This document shows positions 45,758-56,035 of a stretch of 64,000 nt of DNA, one piece after another. Origin of the DNA: a virus (Duplodnaviria; Caudoviricetes); IMG/VR virus record IMGVR_UViG_3300009183_004565; one strand, written 5' to 3'. The notes beneath the pieces were generated by a model. That model made no database searches. It was not told where the DNA came from and saw only the letters and a program-made list of their open reading frames with translations. The position numbers and the translations under genes were made by a program. The stretch's first letter is position 1. Every line of letters begins with the position of its first letter.

Positions 45758-46049
45758 CTTAAACAGCAAAGCAAAATGGGAATCTATTTTAAAATCCGTA
45801 GAGAAAAAAGAGATCCCAATTGCTATGCTGGAAAGTATAAATGTTAATCTTGCAGACGGTACTATAGTTAAAATCAATATACGTGAACTATTATCCGAAG
45901 GTGCTGATCCTGATGATCTAGAGCATGAGATAAAAGATAAACTCAGAGCACTAGACAATATAATTGATGATATTGATTTTTTCATCAGTGTAAAAGAGGT
46001 AGCCAAGATTGTTCAACCAGCTACCGACGAACTATTAAAAAATTTATGA
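45708..46049 (+). CDS. hypothetical protein
   Basis: 113-aa ORF upstream of DHFR. Confidence 0.6.
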   Translation: MSEQKPKKPRQKSKRLNLNSKAKWESILKSVEKKEIPIAMLESINVNLADGTIVKINIRELLSEGADPDDLEHEIKDKLRALDNIIDDIDFFISVKEVAKIVQPATDELLKNL

Positions 46050-46555
46050 TTTGTACTATATTTGCTACAGACCAAATGGGAACATTTGGTAACCGAGGTA
46101 CTTTACCTTGGCCAATGGATCCTGAGGATATGTCTTGGTTTCGAGAACATACTCATGATCAAATTGTTGTAATGGGACGACGTACATGGGACGATCCTAA
46201 AATGAAGAAGCCGTTACCTAATAGAGTTAATTGTGTTATTAGCAATAGCCCTATTGTAGGGTACCCTAGTGTACGACGACTGTCGGGTGATTATAAAAAA
46301 CAAATCAAGGATCTACAAACGTTATTCCCAAATAAAAATATTTTTATACTCGGCGGTCCTGAACTCATAATGGACTGTAAAGATTTAATAGACTATGCTT
46401 ATGTAACACATCGCAAAGGTGCAGCACATAGTGACGTTCGTATTGATCTTCGAGCGTTTATGACCGGAATGCGAATAACTAGTAGTCGACCTAGCACAGA
46501 TAAAATGTTAAACTTTAGTATCTACAAAAATATAGATATCTTCAGACCTTTATAA
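46046..46555 (+). CDS. folA: dihydrofolate reductase
   Basis: GTLPWP...EDMSWF, VVMGRRTW, PLPNRVN, FILGG. Confidence 0.92.
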   Translation: MICTIFATDQMGTFGNRGTLPWPMDPEDMSWFREHTHDQIVVMGRRTWDDPKMKKPLPNRVNCVISNSPIVGYPSVRRLSGDYKKQIKDLQTLFPNKNIFILGGPELIMDCKDLIDYAYVTHRKGAAHSDVRIDLRAFMTGMRITSSRPSTDKMLNFSIYKNIDIFRPL

Positions 46556-47473
46556 ATGGAACAACAATACTTAACAGCATTGCGTGAAGTTTTAGAAACT
46601 GGAACACGCAGAGATGATCGCACGGGTGTGGGTACCATATCTAAATTTGGTATGCAGCAACGATACGATCTGTCCCAGGGATTTCCTGCTGTCACTACCA
46701 AGAAATTAGCGTGGCGGGCTTGTGTAGGTGAACTACTTTGGTTCATCGAAGGCAGTGGTAGCGAGCGCAGGCTTGCAGAACTCACACACGGCATTGCTGA
46801 CGGTAAGGCGACTATATGGACTCCCAATGCACTTGCTCCTTATTGGAAACCCCGGGCCAAATTTGATGGTGACTTGGGTCGGGTATACGGAGTACAATGG
46901 CGTCATTGGCGTACAATTAAACCGCGTGAACCAAATGCTACATTCAAAGACGGTTTTGGATCTACTTATCGTAGGATAGGTAGTGAAGTAGAATTACGAG
47001 AAGTAGACCAATTACGCCAATTGATTGACGGTATTCGCAAAGACCCATATGGTCGTAGACATATATTAACAGCATGGAATCCTGGTGAGCTAGATCAAAT
47101 GGCTCTACCACCTTGTCATTGCTTTGCGCAGTTTTATGTCTCCGACGGTCGGTTGTCGTGCCAAATGTACCAGCGTTCTTGTGATATGTTTTTAGGTGTA
47201 CCTTTTAACATAGCAAGCTATAGTTTACTAACACATATGATTGCTCATGTGTGCGGTCTTCAGGTAGGCGAGTTCGTTCACGTACTCGGCGACGCACATA
47301 TATATTTGGATCATATAGATCAGGTAAACGAACAATTGAAGCGTGAACCATTACCTGCTCCACGACTACTGCTAAGTCCGGGTATACAAGAAATCACAGA
47401 GTTTACCATGGGTGATATTGTGCTACATGACTATCAATCGCATGGTGCTATTAAAGCCCAAATGGCGGTATAA
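46556..47473 (+). CDS. thyA: thymidylate synthase (classical)
   Basis: DRTGVGT, ELLWFI, YGVQWR, MALPPCH, YQRSCD, PFNIASY, GDAHIY. Confidence 0.97.
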   Translation: MEQQYLTALREVLETGTRRDDRTGVGTISKFGMQQRYDLSQGFPAVTTKKLAWRACVGELLWFIEGSGSERRLAELTHGIADGKATIWTPNALAPYWKPRAKFDGDLGRVYGVQWRHWRTIKPREPNATFKDGFGSTYRRIGSEVELREVDQLRQLIDGIRKDPYGRRHILTAWNPGELDQMALPPCHCFAQFYVSDGRLSCQMYQRSCDMFLGVPFNIASYSLLTHMIAHVCGLQVGEFVHVLGDAHIYLDHIDQVNEQLKREPLPAPRLLLSPGIQEITEFTMGDIVLHDYQSHGAIKAQMAV

Positions 47474-48435
47474 TGATTACTATGCTAGTGGGCGATACAA
47501 CAGAATATCTATCTGTTGCGGCAAAAAAATATAGTAATAATGCAAGTTTGATTACCGAAGATAATTTCAGAAATATTTCAAACGGAGTTTATTATATTAG
47601 TCTTGGCGATTTTACATCTATTAAAAATTTTGTATTGGCTTTACATAGCGCAAATAGATTAATTTATTGTCCACCAAAATACTGGACCGACACTGATAGA
47701 AATAATTTTAGTTATATGCAAAAGTGGACGGAATTTTACTTACATGCATATAGTGGTTATAAAAAAGTCGAGGGAATAGAGCAAGTATCTAATATCAGTG
47801 ACACTGATGCAATGTTGTCACTTGTTGATACTAGAAAAGTTGATTCTCAGCAATTATGGGTTGCAGGATGTAGTGTGTCTGCCGGTGACTGGTTAAACCC
47901 CGAAGACAGATATGGTCAAATATTATCGAACAAATTAGAAATTCCTGTATCATTTTTAGCGAAAAGCGGAAGTTCTATTAAATGGGCTTCGGATCAGATT
48001 TTACGTTCTGATATACGAAAAGATGATATTGTAATTTTTGGATTGACTTCTGCATGCAGATTCAATTATTATCAAAATAAAAAAGTTCTACATGTCAATA
48101 GTTCTTTTTATGAATCATTTCCAGAATTTAATAATTTAATTAATATTACCACACTTGACAGCGAAAATAGTATATATCAATCAATAATAAGTGTTTATCA
48201 GGTAATTAATTTTTGCAAGGCAATTGATGCCAAATTGATACTGGCGGGAATATTCGTTGAAAATGAAGAACTATCACACTTTTCGTCTATACCAGGTTAT
48301 CGTCACTTGTACGGATTTTTTGGCCTAAATATCGACGACATGTTTATTGATTTTGCGGACGACAATCTGCATCCTGGGCCACTAATGCACCAATGGTACG
48401 CAGACCAAATATTGAATTTTATAAAAGAAAAATAA
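47473..48435 (+). CDS. SGNH hydrolase-like protein with N-terminal extension
   Basis: WVAGCSVSAG, GSS..W, FGLT, DNLHPG...H. Confidence 0.65.
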   Translation: MITMLVGDTTEYLSVAAKKYSNNASLITEDNFRNISNGVYYISLGDFTSIKNFVLALHSANRLIYCPPKYWTDTDRNNFSYMQKWTEFYLHAYSGYKKVEGIEQVSNISDTDAMLSLVDTRKVDSQQLWVAGCSVSAGDWLNPEDRYGQILSNKLEIPVSFLAKSGSSIKWASDQILRSDIRKDDIVIFGLTSACRFNYYQNKKVLHVNSSFYESFPEFNNLINITTLDSENSIYQSIISVYQVINFCKAIDAKLILAGIFVENEELSHFSSIPGYRHLYGFFGLNIDDMFIDFADDNLHPGPLMHQWYADQILNFIKEK

Positions 48436-48439
48436 CTTT

Positions 48440-48670
48440 ATGGTACTACATTCATTTACAATGGGAGATGTAGAAGATCCTTATCTCTACGCAGGGTTCC
48501 CAATCTCTGAATGGCAGCAAACAGAAATGGGACAATGGGTTATGGCGAATGTAATAGAAGAACCAGTGTTTACTATAGCACCTGATATTCTTAGCATGGG
48601 GCATCGTGTAGTAATAACAGGTAAACTTACCCCCGAAGCAGAAACTTATTTCACACTAAAATATCGATGA
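48440..48670 (+). CDS. hypothetical protein
   Basis: GDVEDP.LYA..PI..W motif; coupled to the epimerase. Confidence 0.6.
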   Translation: MVLHSFTMGDVEDPYLYAGFPISEWQQTEMGQWVMANVIEEPVFTIAPDILSMGHRVVITGKLTPEAETYFTLKYR

Positions 48671-49638
48671 AAATACTTGTAACTGGTGCTGCTGGTTTTA
48701 TTGGGCATAACGTTGTTCGTTTTTTAGAGCAACAAGAAAACGAAATCTTTGGATTAGATAATAGAACAAACTATGGATTTATTCCCAAAGACGAAGCAGA
48801 ATATTTGTTTAAAGAACGTGCTAAAAGAATACATACGTTTCCAATGGTTGGGGATATACGCAATAACGATGATATACAACAGCGTGTAGGAATGTTTGGT
48901 ATTAAGACTATTGTTCATCTTGCCAGTTTTCCAAGACAGAAGGTAGTAGAACAAAATCCAGCACTAGCCAGTGAAGTTATGAGTACCGGATTAATTAATT
49001 TACTTGAGGCTGCTAGAACACATCGGATTAAACGTTTTGTATACATTAGTAGCAGCATGGTATACGGAGACTTTGAAAATGATGTTGATGAAGCTTCCCC
49101 GTGTAATCCAATTGGCCAATATGGCATCATGAAGTACATGGGCGAGAAGTTGGTTGAAGATTATGCTCGCAAATACGGATTTGAATATGTAATTATACGT
49201 CCCAGTGCTGTATACGGTGAATATGATGTAGAGGATCGTGTGGTCAGTAAGTTTATGTTAGGTGCCATGCGTGGCGAAACATTACGAGTTAAAGGTGCCG
49301 GAGAAGTATTAGACTTTACCTATGTAGAAGATGCTGCAATGGGCATTGCACAGGCCACTACAAATAACCTAGCTGCAAATAAAATTTATAATATCACTCG
49401 CAGCGATACAAAATTAACTACATTACGCGAAGCAGCAGAAATAGCAATCGCAATAGCAGGCAAAGGCTCAATTGAAATACAAGATAGAGATCTGAGTTTT
49501 CCTAAACGTGGTCGTTTAAATATTGAACGTGCAGTGAAAGATTTTAATTATAACCCAACAGTTAATGTAGAAGAAGGATTCCGTCGTTACTACGATTGGT
49601 TTCAGAGATCATATTACTGGCAGCAAAAAATAGGATAA
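48667..49638 (+). CDS. NAD-dependent sugar epimerase/dehydratase
   Basis: VTGAAGFIG, HLAS, YISSSMVYG, YGIMK (YxxxK), RPSAVYG, DFTYVED. Confidence 0.92.
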   Translation: MKILVTGAAGFIGHNVVRFLEQQENEIFGLDNRTNYGFIPKDEAEYLFKERAKRIHTFPMVGDIRNNDDIQQRVGMFGIKTIVHLASFPRQKVVEQNPALASEVMSTGLINLLEAARTHRIKRFVYISSSMVYGDFENDVDEASPCNPIGQYGIMKYMGEKLVEDYARKYGFEYVIIRPSAVYGEYDVEDRVVSKFMLGAMRGETLRVKGAGEVLDFTYVEDAAMGIAQATTNNLAANKIYNITRSDTKLTTLREAAEIAIAIAGKGSIEIQDRDLSFPKRGRLNIERAVKDFNYNPTVNVEEGFRRYYDWFQRSYYWQQKIG

Positions 49639-49641
49639 TAT

Positions 49642-50232
49642 ATGAATAAATTGTCGTACGACTGGTGGTTAGATATGTCAGATATGGAGTTCTTTGCTTG
49701 GTACGAAGATATTTTTACTAACGAAGAACTAGATACAATAGAAAAATTAGTGTCCGATAATGATCTTTATATTGGGGAAATATCAGGCGACACTAAAGAT
49801 ACTACTATTAGAGATAGTAAAATTAATTTTATAGAATCTAACATTGAATCTAATAAATGGATATTTGAAAGATTTACTGGATTAATCAACAATGCCAATG
49901 AACGATTTTTTAAATTTGAATTAAGTCGATTAGAATCATTACAATACACTGTGTATAACAAAGGACAATTTTATCGGGATCATATGGATCTTGGATATAA
50001 AAATCCAAATAATGCTATTCGTAAATTGAGCTTTACTATGCAATTATCTAATCCTGCTGATTACGATGGTGGCGAACTATTGATCAAACATGGATCAACT
50101 CCTGACGTTGCACGTAAAAATCGAGGTGCTATTACAGTCTTTCCTTCGTATATTATGCATGAAGTGACTCCTGTTACACGAGGTACACGTAAAAGTATTG
50201 TTGGTTGGGTAACTGGTCCTCGCTGGCGATGA
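49642..50232 (+). CDS. 2OG-Fe(II) oxygenase (prolyl-hydroxylase/PKHD-like)
   Basis: FYRDHMD, RKLS...L....YDGGEL, FPSY..HEVTPVTRG.RKSIVGW. Confidence 0.88.
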   Translation: MNKLSYDWWLDMSDMEFFAWYEDIFTNEELDTIEKLVSDNDLYIGEISGDTKDTTIRDSKINFIESNIESNKWIFERFTGLINNANERFFKFELSRLESLQYTVYNKGQFYRDHMDLGYKNPNNAIRKLSFTMQLSNPADYDGGELLIKHGSTPDVARKNRGAITVFPSYIMHEVTPVTRGTRKSIVGWVTGPRWR

Positions 50233-51329
50233 GCATAATTCCTTTTTTTGGTGTTGCTAGACAATATGCAAACTTGCGAGAGGAAATACTTGATGTTACT
50301 GATCGTGTATACTCTACTGGTCGGGTTTTAGACGGCGAATACACTAGAGAGTTTGAATTACAGATAGCAAGACGATGCCAGAGAGCGTATGCACTTGCAG
50401 TCAACTCCGGCACTCAGGCCTTAATCTTTGCACAGATGGCCACCATGGATCGCCCGCCATATTCAGTTTTAATTCCCACAGTTAGTTTTGTAGCCACTAT
50501 TAATAGTGTGCTTATGAATAATCATACCCCGGTATTCTGCGATGTTGATTATAAAGGATTACTGGATCTTGATTCATATTCGTATAAGCTAGATCAAAGT
50601 GTTGGTGCAGTTATGTATGTAAATCTATTTGGTAACTGCCTTGACTGGGATAGATTCCAAATGCATACCAAGTTCTTTAATGATGATCTAGTTATAATCG
50701 AAGATGCTGCACAAAGCTTTGGTGCCAGTTATAAAGGTACGCCTAGTGGCAAGATGGGTGATGTAAGTGTGTTAAGTTTTGACCCAACCAAGAATCTAAA
50801 CAACTACGGATCGGGTGGTATGATACTTACAGACGATTTTCAAATATACGAAACCGTTCGCGGACTTAGAGACAACGGCAAAATCATACACGACACCCCA
50901 GGCACTAACAGTAAGATGAGCGAGGCTGACTGTGCTCAGATGTTGATTAAACTAGGACACTTTGACGCATGGCAGCGTCGTAGATCGGAAATTGCCAACT
51001 ACTACATACAAGAACTATATCAATACGTAGACATTCTTACTTCCAACGAAGGAGTAGAACATGCCTGGCATAAGTTTGTTATTAGAACAGAACATAGATC
51101 TGCATTAATGAGTCACTTATCATATCAAGGAATTGAAACCAAGGTACACTACGACTATGCATTATACGATCTAGGTGTAGGATTTAATTATGTAGATTAT
51201 AGTCGAGATTTATACACAGAAACAAGTACTTTTACTAGAGAATGTTTAAGTTTACCCGTATATCCTGAACTGTCCGATGCAGAAGTAGAAACTGTAGTAG
51301 AAAAAATTAAGCAGTATATAGATTATTAA
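50229..51329 (+). CDS. DegT/DnrJ/EryC1/StrS sugar aminotransferase
   Basis: VNSGTQAL, SFVAT, IEDAAQSFG, SFDPTKNL...GSGGM; ATGA-coupled start 50229. Confidence 0.92.
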   Translation: MSIIPFFGVARQYANLREEILDVTDRVYSTGRVLDGEYTREFELQIARRCQRAYALAVNSGTQALIFAQMATMDRPPYSVLIPTVSFVATINSVLMNNHTPVFCDVDYKGLLDLDSYSYKLDQSVGAVMYVNLFGNCLDWDRFQMHTKFFNDDLVIIEDAAQSFGASYKGTPSGKMGDVSVLSFDPTKNLNNYGSGGMILTDDFQIYETVRGLRDNGKIIHDTPGTNSKMSEADCAQMLIKLGHFDAWQRRRSEIANYYIQELYQYVDILTSNEGVEHAWHKFVIRTEHRSALMSHLSYQGIETKVHYDYALYDLGVGFNYVDYSRDLYTETSTFTRECLSLPVYPELSDAEVETVVEKIKQYIDY

Positions 51330-53523
51330 ATCTATTCTTCAACCAAGCCCATTCAAAACTTAACATAAGTTTATCGTAGTCCCCCGCAACTTCTTCGTAG
51401 TAATTTACAGCATCAGCTGATCCACGCAAGCACCATTCGGCATAATCACCATCTGCTACTGTTAACCAAGTGTTTAATCTGTGCTCAGTCTCTAGTGTAG
51501 GTTGTGTGGCCATAAAGTGTTTTAACTTAACTACTTCACGGAATGCTGTGCGCCAAGTCATCCAAGGATCTTGATTGAATCGTGCTATTCCACTTAATAA
51601 AGGTACACTCTCATGAGGCTGACTTAATGTAAAGTCAATACCAGGATTGTTATTCTCTAGTACTAGTTTCTTATTATACGCAATCATACCTTGATGTCCA
51701 TACACCAATCCGTTGACAGGATTTTGTGCATTAAAGATATAGTGTTTGGGCTCTTGCCAATAGTCTGGTTGCCAATCATACCAAGGAAAACTTCCGCCCG
51801 CTACTTCAAGTTTGGCAAATACAGCAAAGAACCAAGGCGTGGCGCTTGCACGGGCTGCTGCTTGATATGCTGCCACACGGCCGTCGACTCCCTGTATCCA
51901 TGTAACTGCACTGTTTGTCATGTATTCAGTGTGACGATACATCATTTCTTCATCAGGTTCGCCGTTACTAATGAATACGATATCCAGCGGTGGCACACTT
52001 GAGTAACGTTTAATCTCTTTGTTTATGTAAGGATAATCATATACTTGTCGCTTAATATAACTTTTTGCTTCCCTAGGCACAAGAGATGTAGATCCACTTT
52101 GACTTATTGGAATAATAGTTCTGTCTTCGGCTCTCCAAAGACACGGAACAGTGTAATTATTCATGATATAATCTCCAACACTAGAAAAAATAGCATACGG
52201 AAAATCAAATTGATACTGTTGTATTGCATCAACAATAGTATCTTCAGAATAGTTTACTAACGTGGGAGGAAATCTTTCTACTTGTTGGTCAGTGCAATAA
52301 TTAATTACATTAAACCAATCAAGTATTGCTAATTCATACAATTGGCGTTTAAACGATTCAACGTGAATAAAGAAAGTGTCTCCCCTTCGTTGATTGTCGC
52401 TAGCAAATACATGAACCATTTCTTTTTGTGATGGATCTGGGTGCCATGTAAAGTCAAAATCTGTGTAATCGCAGATACTACTAATAATCCAAACAAACTC
52501 AGTAGTTGCTAGATTGACTATACGCTTAAAAACATTTAAATGATTATCAACATAACGTGTTAATTTGATATCAGGATAAGATTCTTGTAGTGTTTTGAAC
52601 TGATTGTTGCTTTGTGGATTTAAAAAATCCATGTAAAAGATTTGCGTGGCATTGTTACGTATGCGCTGATTACTCATATACTTGATACCTGCGGTTCCGC
52701 GATATACAGGACCACCATCACGTTGCCATTGTGTAGGAAAATGATATTCGTAGTCCGGTTCATCTAAATCAGGGTGCCATGAATAGTCAAAATCTGAGTC
52801 ATTGATTCCGCTAGGAATATCCCAATTGCTGCGATCTTCTAACTTACTTACTTGTTGACTATACACATACTTGATACCTGCAGATCCGGGATATACCGGT
52901 CCTCCATTACGTTGCCATTGTGTACCAAAACGATATTCGTAGGGCGGATCTAAGGGATTAGGATGCCAGGAATAATCAAAGTTGGTATCATTGATGTTGC
53001 TGGGTATAATCCAGTTGCGTTTATCTTCAGTGACTGTAACAGTAAAATCATTACATAACTTAATTCCAGTTGCACCTGGTACATGATAAACTAATCCGCA
53101 ACTGGTTTGATGTTGACTGGCAAAGTGATACGTGTAAGGAGGGTCGTGCGAATCAGGATGCCAACTACGATCTATGCCCAAGTAGCACAATAGTTTTGGG
53201 ACAAGTAATTTCCAGTTTTCTTCATTGCTCAATCTTGTTACAGATTGTTCTGTGCGCCAATTCCATTCTTTATTATGCGCAGTATCTTTGTTTGCTAGAT
53301 ACACATCGCCGTTGCGTTGCCACTGACTAGAGAATACATGAACATGATCTTGTTCCCAAGGTGCCGGATTCCAATCAAAATCAAAATTGGTGTAATCATT
53401 ACCACCATAAATATACCAGTAGAATCGAGTTCTACTCTTATCAGCAGCATCCTCTAAACTGTTAGCAGGCTGTTCATGTGCAAATCTATTGGGCTTGGGC
53501 CCAAAATAAAAAACATCAAACAT
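51307..53523 (-). CDS. repeat-containing glycosyltransferase-like protein
   Basis: Six F(D/P)xxW(H/N/Q)P modules; C-terminal LDIVFISNGEP...YG..G...WRTAFRE GT-A-like domain. Confidence 0.65.
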   Translation of the reverse strand: MFDVFYFGPKPNRFAHEQPANSLEDAADKSRTRFYWYIYGGNDYTNFDFDWNPAPWEQDHVHVFSSQWQRNGDVYLANKDTAHNKEWNWRTEQSVTRLSNEENWKLLVPKLLCYLGIDRSWHPDSHDPPYTYHFASQHQTSCGLVYHVPGATGIKLCNDFTVTVTEDKRNWIIPSNINDTNFDYSWHPNPLDPPYEYRFGTQWQRNGGPVYPGSAGIKYVYSQQVSKLEDRSNWDIPSGINDSDFDYSWHPDLDEPDYEYHFPTQWQRDGGPVYRGTAGIKYMSNQRIRNNATQIFYMDFLNPQSNNQFKTLQESYPDIKLTRYVDNHLNVFKRIVNLATTEFVWIISSICDYTDFDFTWHPDPSQKEMVHVFASDNQRRGDTFFIHVESFKRQLYELAILDWFNVINYCTDQQVERFPPTLVNYSEDTIVDAIQQYQFDFPYAIFSSVGDYIMNNYTVPCLWRAEDRTIIPISQSGSTSLVPREAKSYIKRQVYDYPYINKEIKRYSSVPPLDIVFISNGEPDEEMMYRHTEYMTNSAVTWIQGVDGRVAAYQAAARASATPWFFAVFAKLEVAGGSFPWYDWQPDYWQEPKHYIFNAQNPVNGLVYGHQGMIAYNKKLVLENNNPGIDFTLSQPHESVPLLSGIARFNQDPWMTWRTAFREVVKLKHFMATQPTLETEHRLNTWLTVADGDYAEWCLRGSADAVNYYEEVAGDYDKLMLSFEWAWLKNRFNNLYTA
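52681..53058 (-). repeat. tandem 189-bp (63-aa) intragenic duplication
   Basis: CTTGATACCTGC...ACGTTGCCATTGTGTA...GATATTCGTAG begins at 52681 and again at 52870. Confidence 0.8.
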
Positions 53524-54733
53524 GTATAATATTCACAGTCATTACGAACATATCTTTTCTTTTTTAAAAACTGTTGTTAAAGATCCTGTACTTCTAAGTT
53601 TTTATCCATTTGGCTCTACTAAATTTGAAAATGTTGAATACATGCATTGCAACGGTGATGGAACATCACCGGTAATAGTTTGCTATGATCAAGAACCAAT
53701 ATTGGATAGTTGTGTTGAAACATTTAGACAAGTTAAACAAATGTATTCACCGGGCGGAGATCGAAGCATAATACTACTTAATACAGAAACAAATAGCAAA
53801 ATAAAAAACAAACTGCTAGAAGAATTTAAATTTGGCGATTGTTCTTGCTTCTTTCATATCTTTGCTGCAGCAGATTGGTATCGCGGGTACCAGCATTGTG
53901 TCGAATTAATAGACCCTTCAAAGCGTAAAATTAAAAAGAAATACATAACCTTTAATCGTATTACTGGTAACAGTCGAGCTTATCGTAGTCTTTTTGTTGC
54001 CGAACTTGATAAGAATAATCTAATAGAGCACGGGCATGTTAGTTATAGCGATACTTGTCCAGAACACGGACACTATAGCACAAGTATACACGAAATAATT
54101 GAAAAACACAATGTTTCTACGGAGTACGTGTTAGCATGTAAAACAATTTTGGATAGTATTACCTTTCCGTTGCGTATTGATTTTAAAGATACTGCTCTTA
54201 TACCAAACGGTAGCCAAACACTAAATGCTATACCAGAAATGATGGAAAGTTTTTTACATGTAGTAACTGAAACATGCTTCTGGGAAACTAAAGATCATTT
54301 AACTGAAAAAATATTTAAACCTATTGTGGCCAGACAACCTTTTGTATTACTTGGGTGTGCCAATAATTTAAAATATTTAAAAAACTACGGATTTAAAACG
54401 TTTGATTCCTGGTGGGATGAGAGTTACGATAAAATTCAAGATCCTGTAGAAAGAATTCAAGCTGTGGTAAAAATTATCAAAGACATATGTGCAATGCCCG
54501 AGGACGAATTGGAAGCAACGCTTCGTGGCATGCAATATGTTTTAAATTACAATTACAATTTATTTTACAGTAAAGAATTTGTTCAACGTGAGTGGAATAA
54601 TTTAAAACAAAGTCTTACACAGGCAGTTGTTCAACATCCACCCCGCTCGCCTGGAGGAACTCCAATCCTAGATCATCTCTATATTTCTCTTGATAATACA
54701 CCTGCTGAATACCAGACTGGTATATCAGTTTAG
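53522..54733 (+). CDS. GT-B-like protein with GT10 (fucosyltransferase)-like motif
   Basis: FLHVVTET...HLTEKIFKPI...PFVLLG resembles the GT10 FxxxENxxxDYxTEK...VP..G motif; the last ~39 aa overlap dCMP deaminase antisense. Confidence 0.55.
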   Translation: MYNIHSHYEHIFSFLKTVVKDPVLLSFYPFGSTKFENVEYMHCNGDGTSPVIVCYDQEPILDSCVETFRQVKQMYSPGGDRSIILLNTETNSKIKNKLLEEFKFGDCSCFFHIFAAADWYRGYQHCVELIDPSKRKIKKKYITFNRITGNSRAYRSLFVAELDKNNLIEHGHVSYSDTCPEHGHYSTSIHEIIEKHNVSTEYVLACKTILDSITFPLRIDFKDTALIPNGSQTLNAIPEMMESFLHVVTETCFWETKDHLTEKIFKPIVARQPFVLLGCANNLKYLKNYGFKTFDSWWDESYDKIQDPVERIQAVVKIIKDICAMPEDELEATLRGMQYVLNYNYNLFYSKEFVQREWNNLKQSLTQAVVQHPPRSPGGTPILDHLYISLDNTPAEYQTGISV

Positions 54734-55037
54734 CGCATTCAAGACAAGGGCTATGAGTAACAAATAAAGTAGCTTGATCCCCGGAATCGTTTGACTTTGC
54801 CAACTTTGCAATAGCATTTGATTCGGCGTGTAGTACTTCTGCTTTTGTTTTTAATGATCCATCTTCGGATACATCCTCACAAACATTGCTCCATCCGGCT
54901 GGCATTCCATTATATCCAATGGAAATAATTCTATCATCCTTGACTACGATAGCACCAACTTTTAATCTACGTGCGTGACTTAATTCAGCAAATGTGTGTG
55001 CTGTCTGCATATAAGCACGTTTAAACTTTTCCTTCAC
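54615..55037 (-). CDS. dCMP deaminase
   Basis: VGAIVV, GYNG, HAESNA, SPCLEC. Confidence 0.93.
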   Translation of the reverse strand: MKEKFKRAYMQTAHTFAELSHARRLKVGAIVVKDDRIISIGYNGMPAGWSNVCEDVSEDGSLKTKAEVLHAESNAIAKLAKSNDSGDQATLFVTHSPCLECAKLIYQSGIQQVYYQEKYRDDLGLEFLQASGVDVEQLPV

Positions 55038-55402
55038 TCTACACCCATTTGCTTTCTAATTGCAGTTGCCGATATTGCCTGTGTGGTATCATCAAACGTT
55101 TCTTGTTCTATTAGGTATCCTACATCTCTACCATACGTAATATTTACAATATTAGGAACCACTAAAATTTCATACATTCCTTTGTAAATAGGATCAAGAT
55201 CTGCACGAATATAATTCTTTACTTCTTCTAGACCAAAAGGGTTACTATAGTTCCATCCTTGACAATCTCGTATCATAATGCAGACCTGCCCGGTCTTAGC
55301 AATAGCACGTTCAAATAATGCACGATGACCTGCATGCCAAGGTTGCCACCGTCCTAGCATTTGTACTGTAGGCTTTTGCCAATCAAAAGTTTTTTCTGTC
55401 AT
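55034..55402 (-). CDS. minimal HxGH nucleotidyltransferase
   Basis: GRWQPWHAGH, IMIRD, NPF, YGRDVGY, ISATAIR; coupled to APS kinase. Confidence 0.85.
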   Translation of the reverse strand: MTEKTFDWQKPTVQMLGRWQPWHAGHRALFERAIAKTGQVCIMIRDCQGWNYSNPFGLEEVKNYIRADLDPIYKGMYEILVVPNIVNITYGRDVGYLIEQETFDDTTQAISATAIRKQMGVE

Positions 55403-56034
55403 GGTTTACCCCATTTAATTTTATGCCATATACGTTCATGAAAATAGTATAAAACAATCTTTGTAAAAAATTCAATGCTGGCTATTCCTGCTGCAAGATG
55501 AGGTTGCCCGGTTAATAACCAACTAACAACAAATGTATCAAGGCTGCCAGTGAATCTCCATGTAACTGCTTTGGTAATAGATCTGATACGACTCTCTTGT
55601 CGCTGTTTAAAATTCATTGCAAGTTTATTTGCAATCGTATTGGCCCAGCGTTCGGCGCTTTTCGCCATAATACGATAATCGTATTGCTCGGGTGCTACAA
55701 ATACTCTATTAGTATCTTCATAACGACTAGTATCAATAGTATCCAACCAGATAACCAAATTGGCTCCATATGCCTCCCTCATTGCAGGTAAAGGAGCAAC
55801 AAAGTCACTAATTACAAAGTCTGCACTAGACTTTTCTGCCAGGTCTCGCATACGGTGCCCTTGGCGTATACGACCTGCTTCACTAAAATCCCAATCGTCG
55901 AATCGTTCACGTACCTCATCAGCATTAAACCATTCAACCGTAAAACCTTTATTGTGTAATTCTGTTTGAAGGGCTGTGGCTAGATAAGTTTTACCCGAAC
56001 CAGGAAGTCCCATTATTAATATTCGAACGCTCAT
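55399..56034 (-). CDS. cysC: adenylyl-sulfate (APS) kinase-like protein fused to a C-terminal DUF2061 domain
   Basis: MGLPGSGKT, NADEVR, DFS..GR..Q, FVAP; C-terminal ES..RS..KA.TWR...YYFHERIW.KIKWG. Confidence 0.75.
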   Translation of the reverse strand: MSVRILIMGLPGSGKTYLATALQTELHNKGFTVEWFNADEVRERFDDWDFSEAGRIRQGHRMRDLAEKSSADFVISDFVAPLPAMREAYGANLVIWLDTIDTSRYEDTNRVFVAPEQYDYRIMAKSAERWANTIANKLAMNFKQRQESRIRSITKAVTWRFTGSLDTFVVSWLLTGQPHLAAGIASIEFFTKIVLYYFHERIWHKIKWGKP

Positions 56035-56035
56035 A

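Noticed and set aside
54615-54733. C-terminal 39 aa of 53522..54733 as a functional domain
   Set aside because: It is the antisense reading of dCMP deaminase, most likely a stop-loss extension.
46046-55037. DHFR, ThyA and dCMP deaminase as a modified-pyrimidine pathway
   Set aside because: ThyA has the canonical PCH, RSCD and FNIASY residues of a dTMP synthase; this is ordinary large-phage nucleotide supply.
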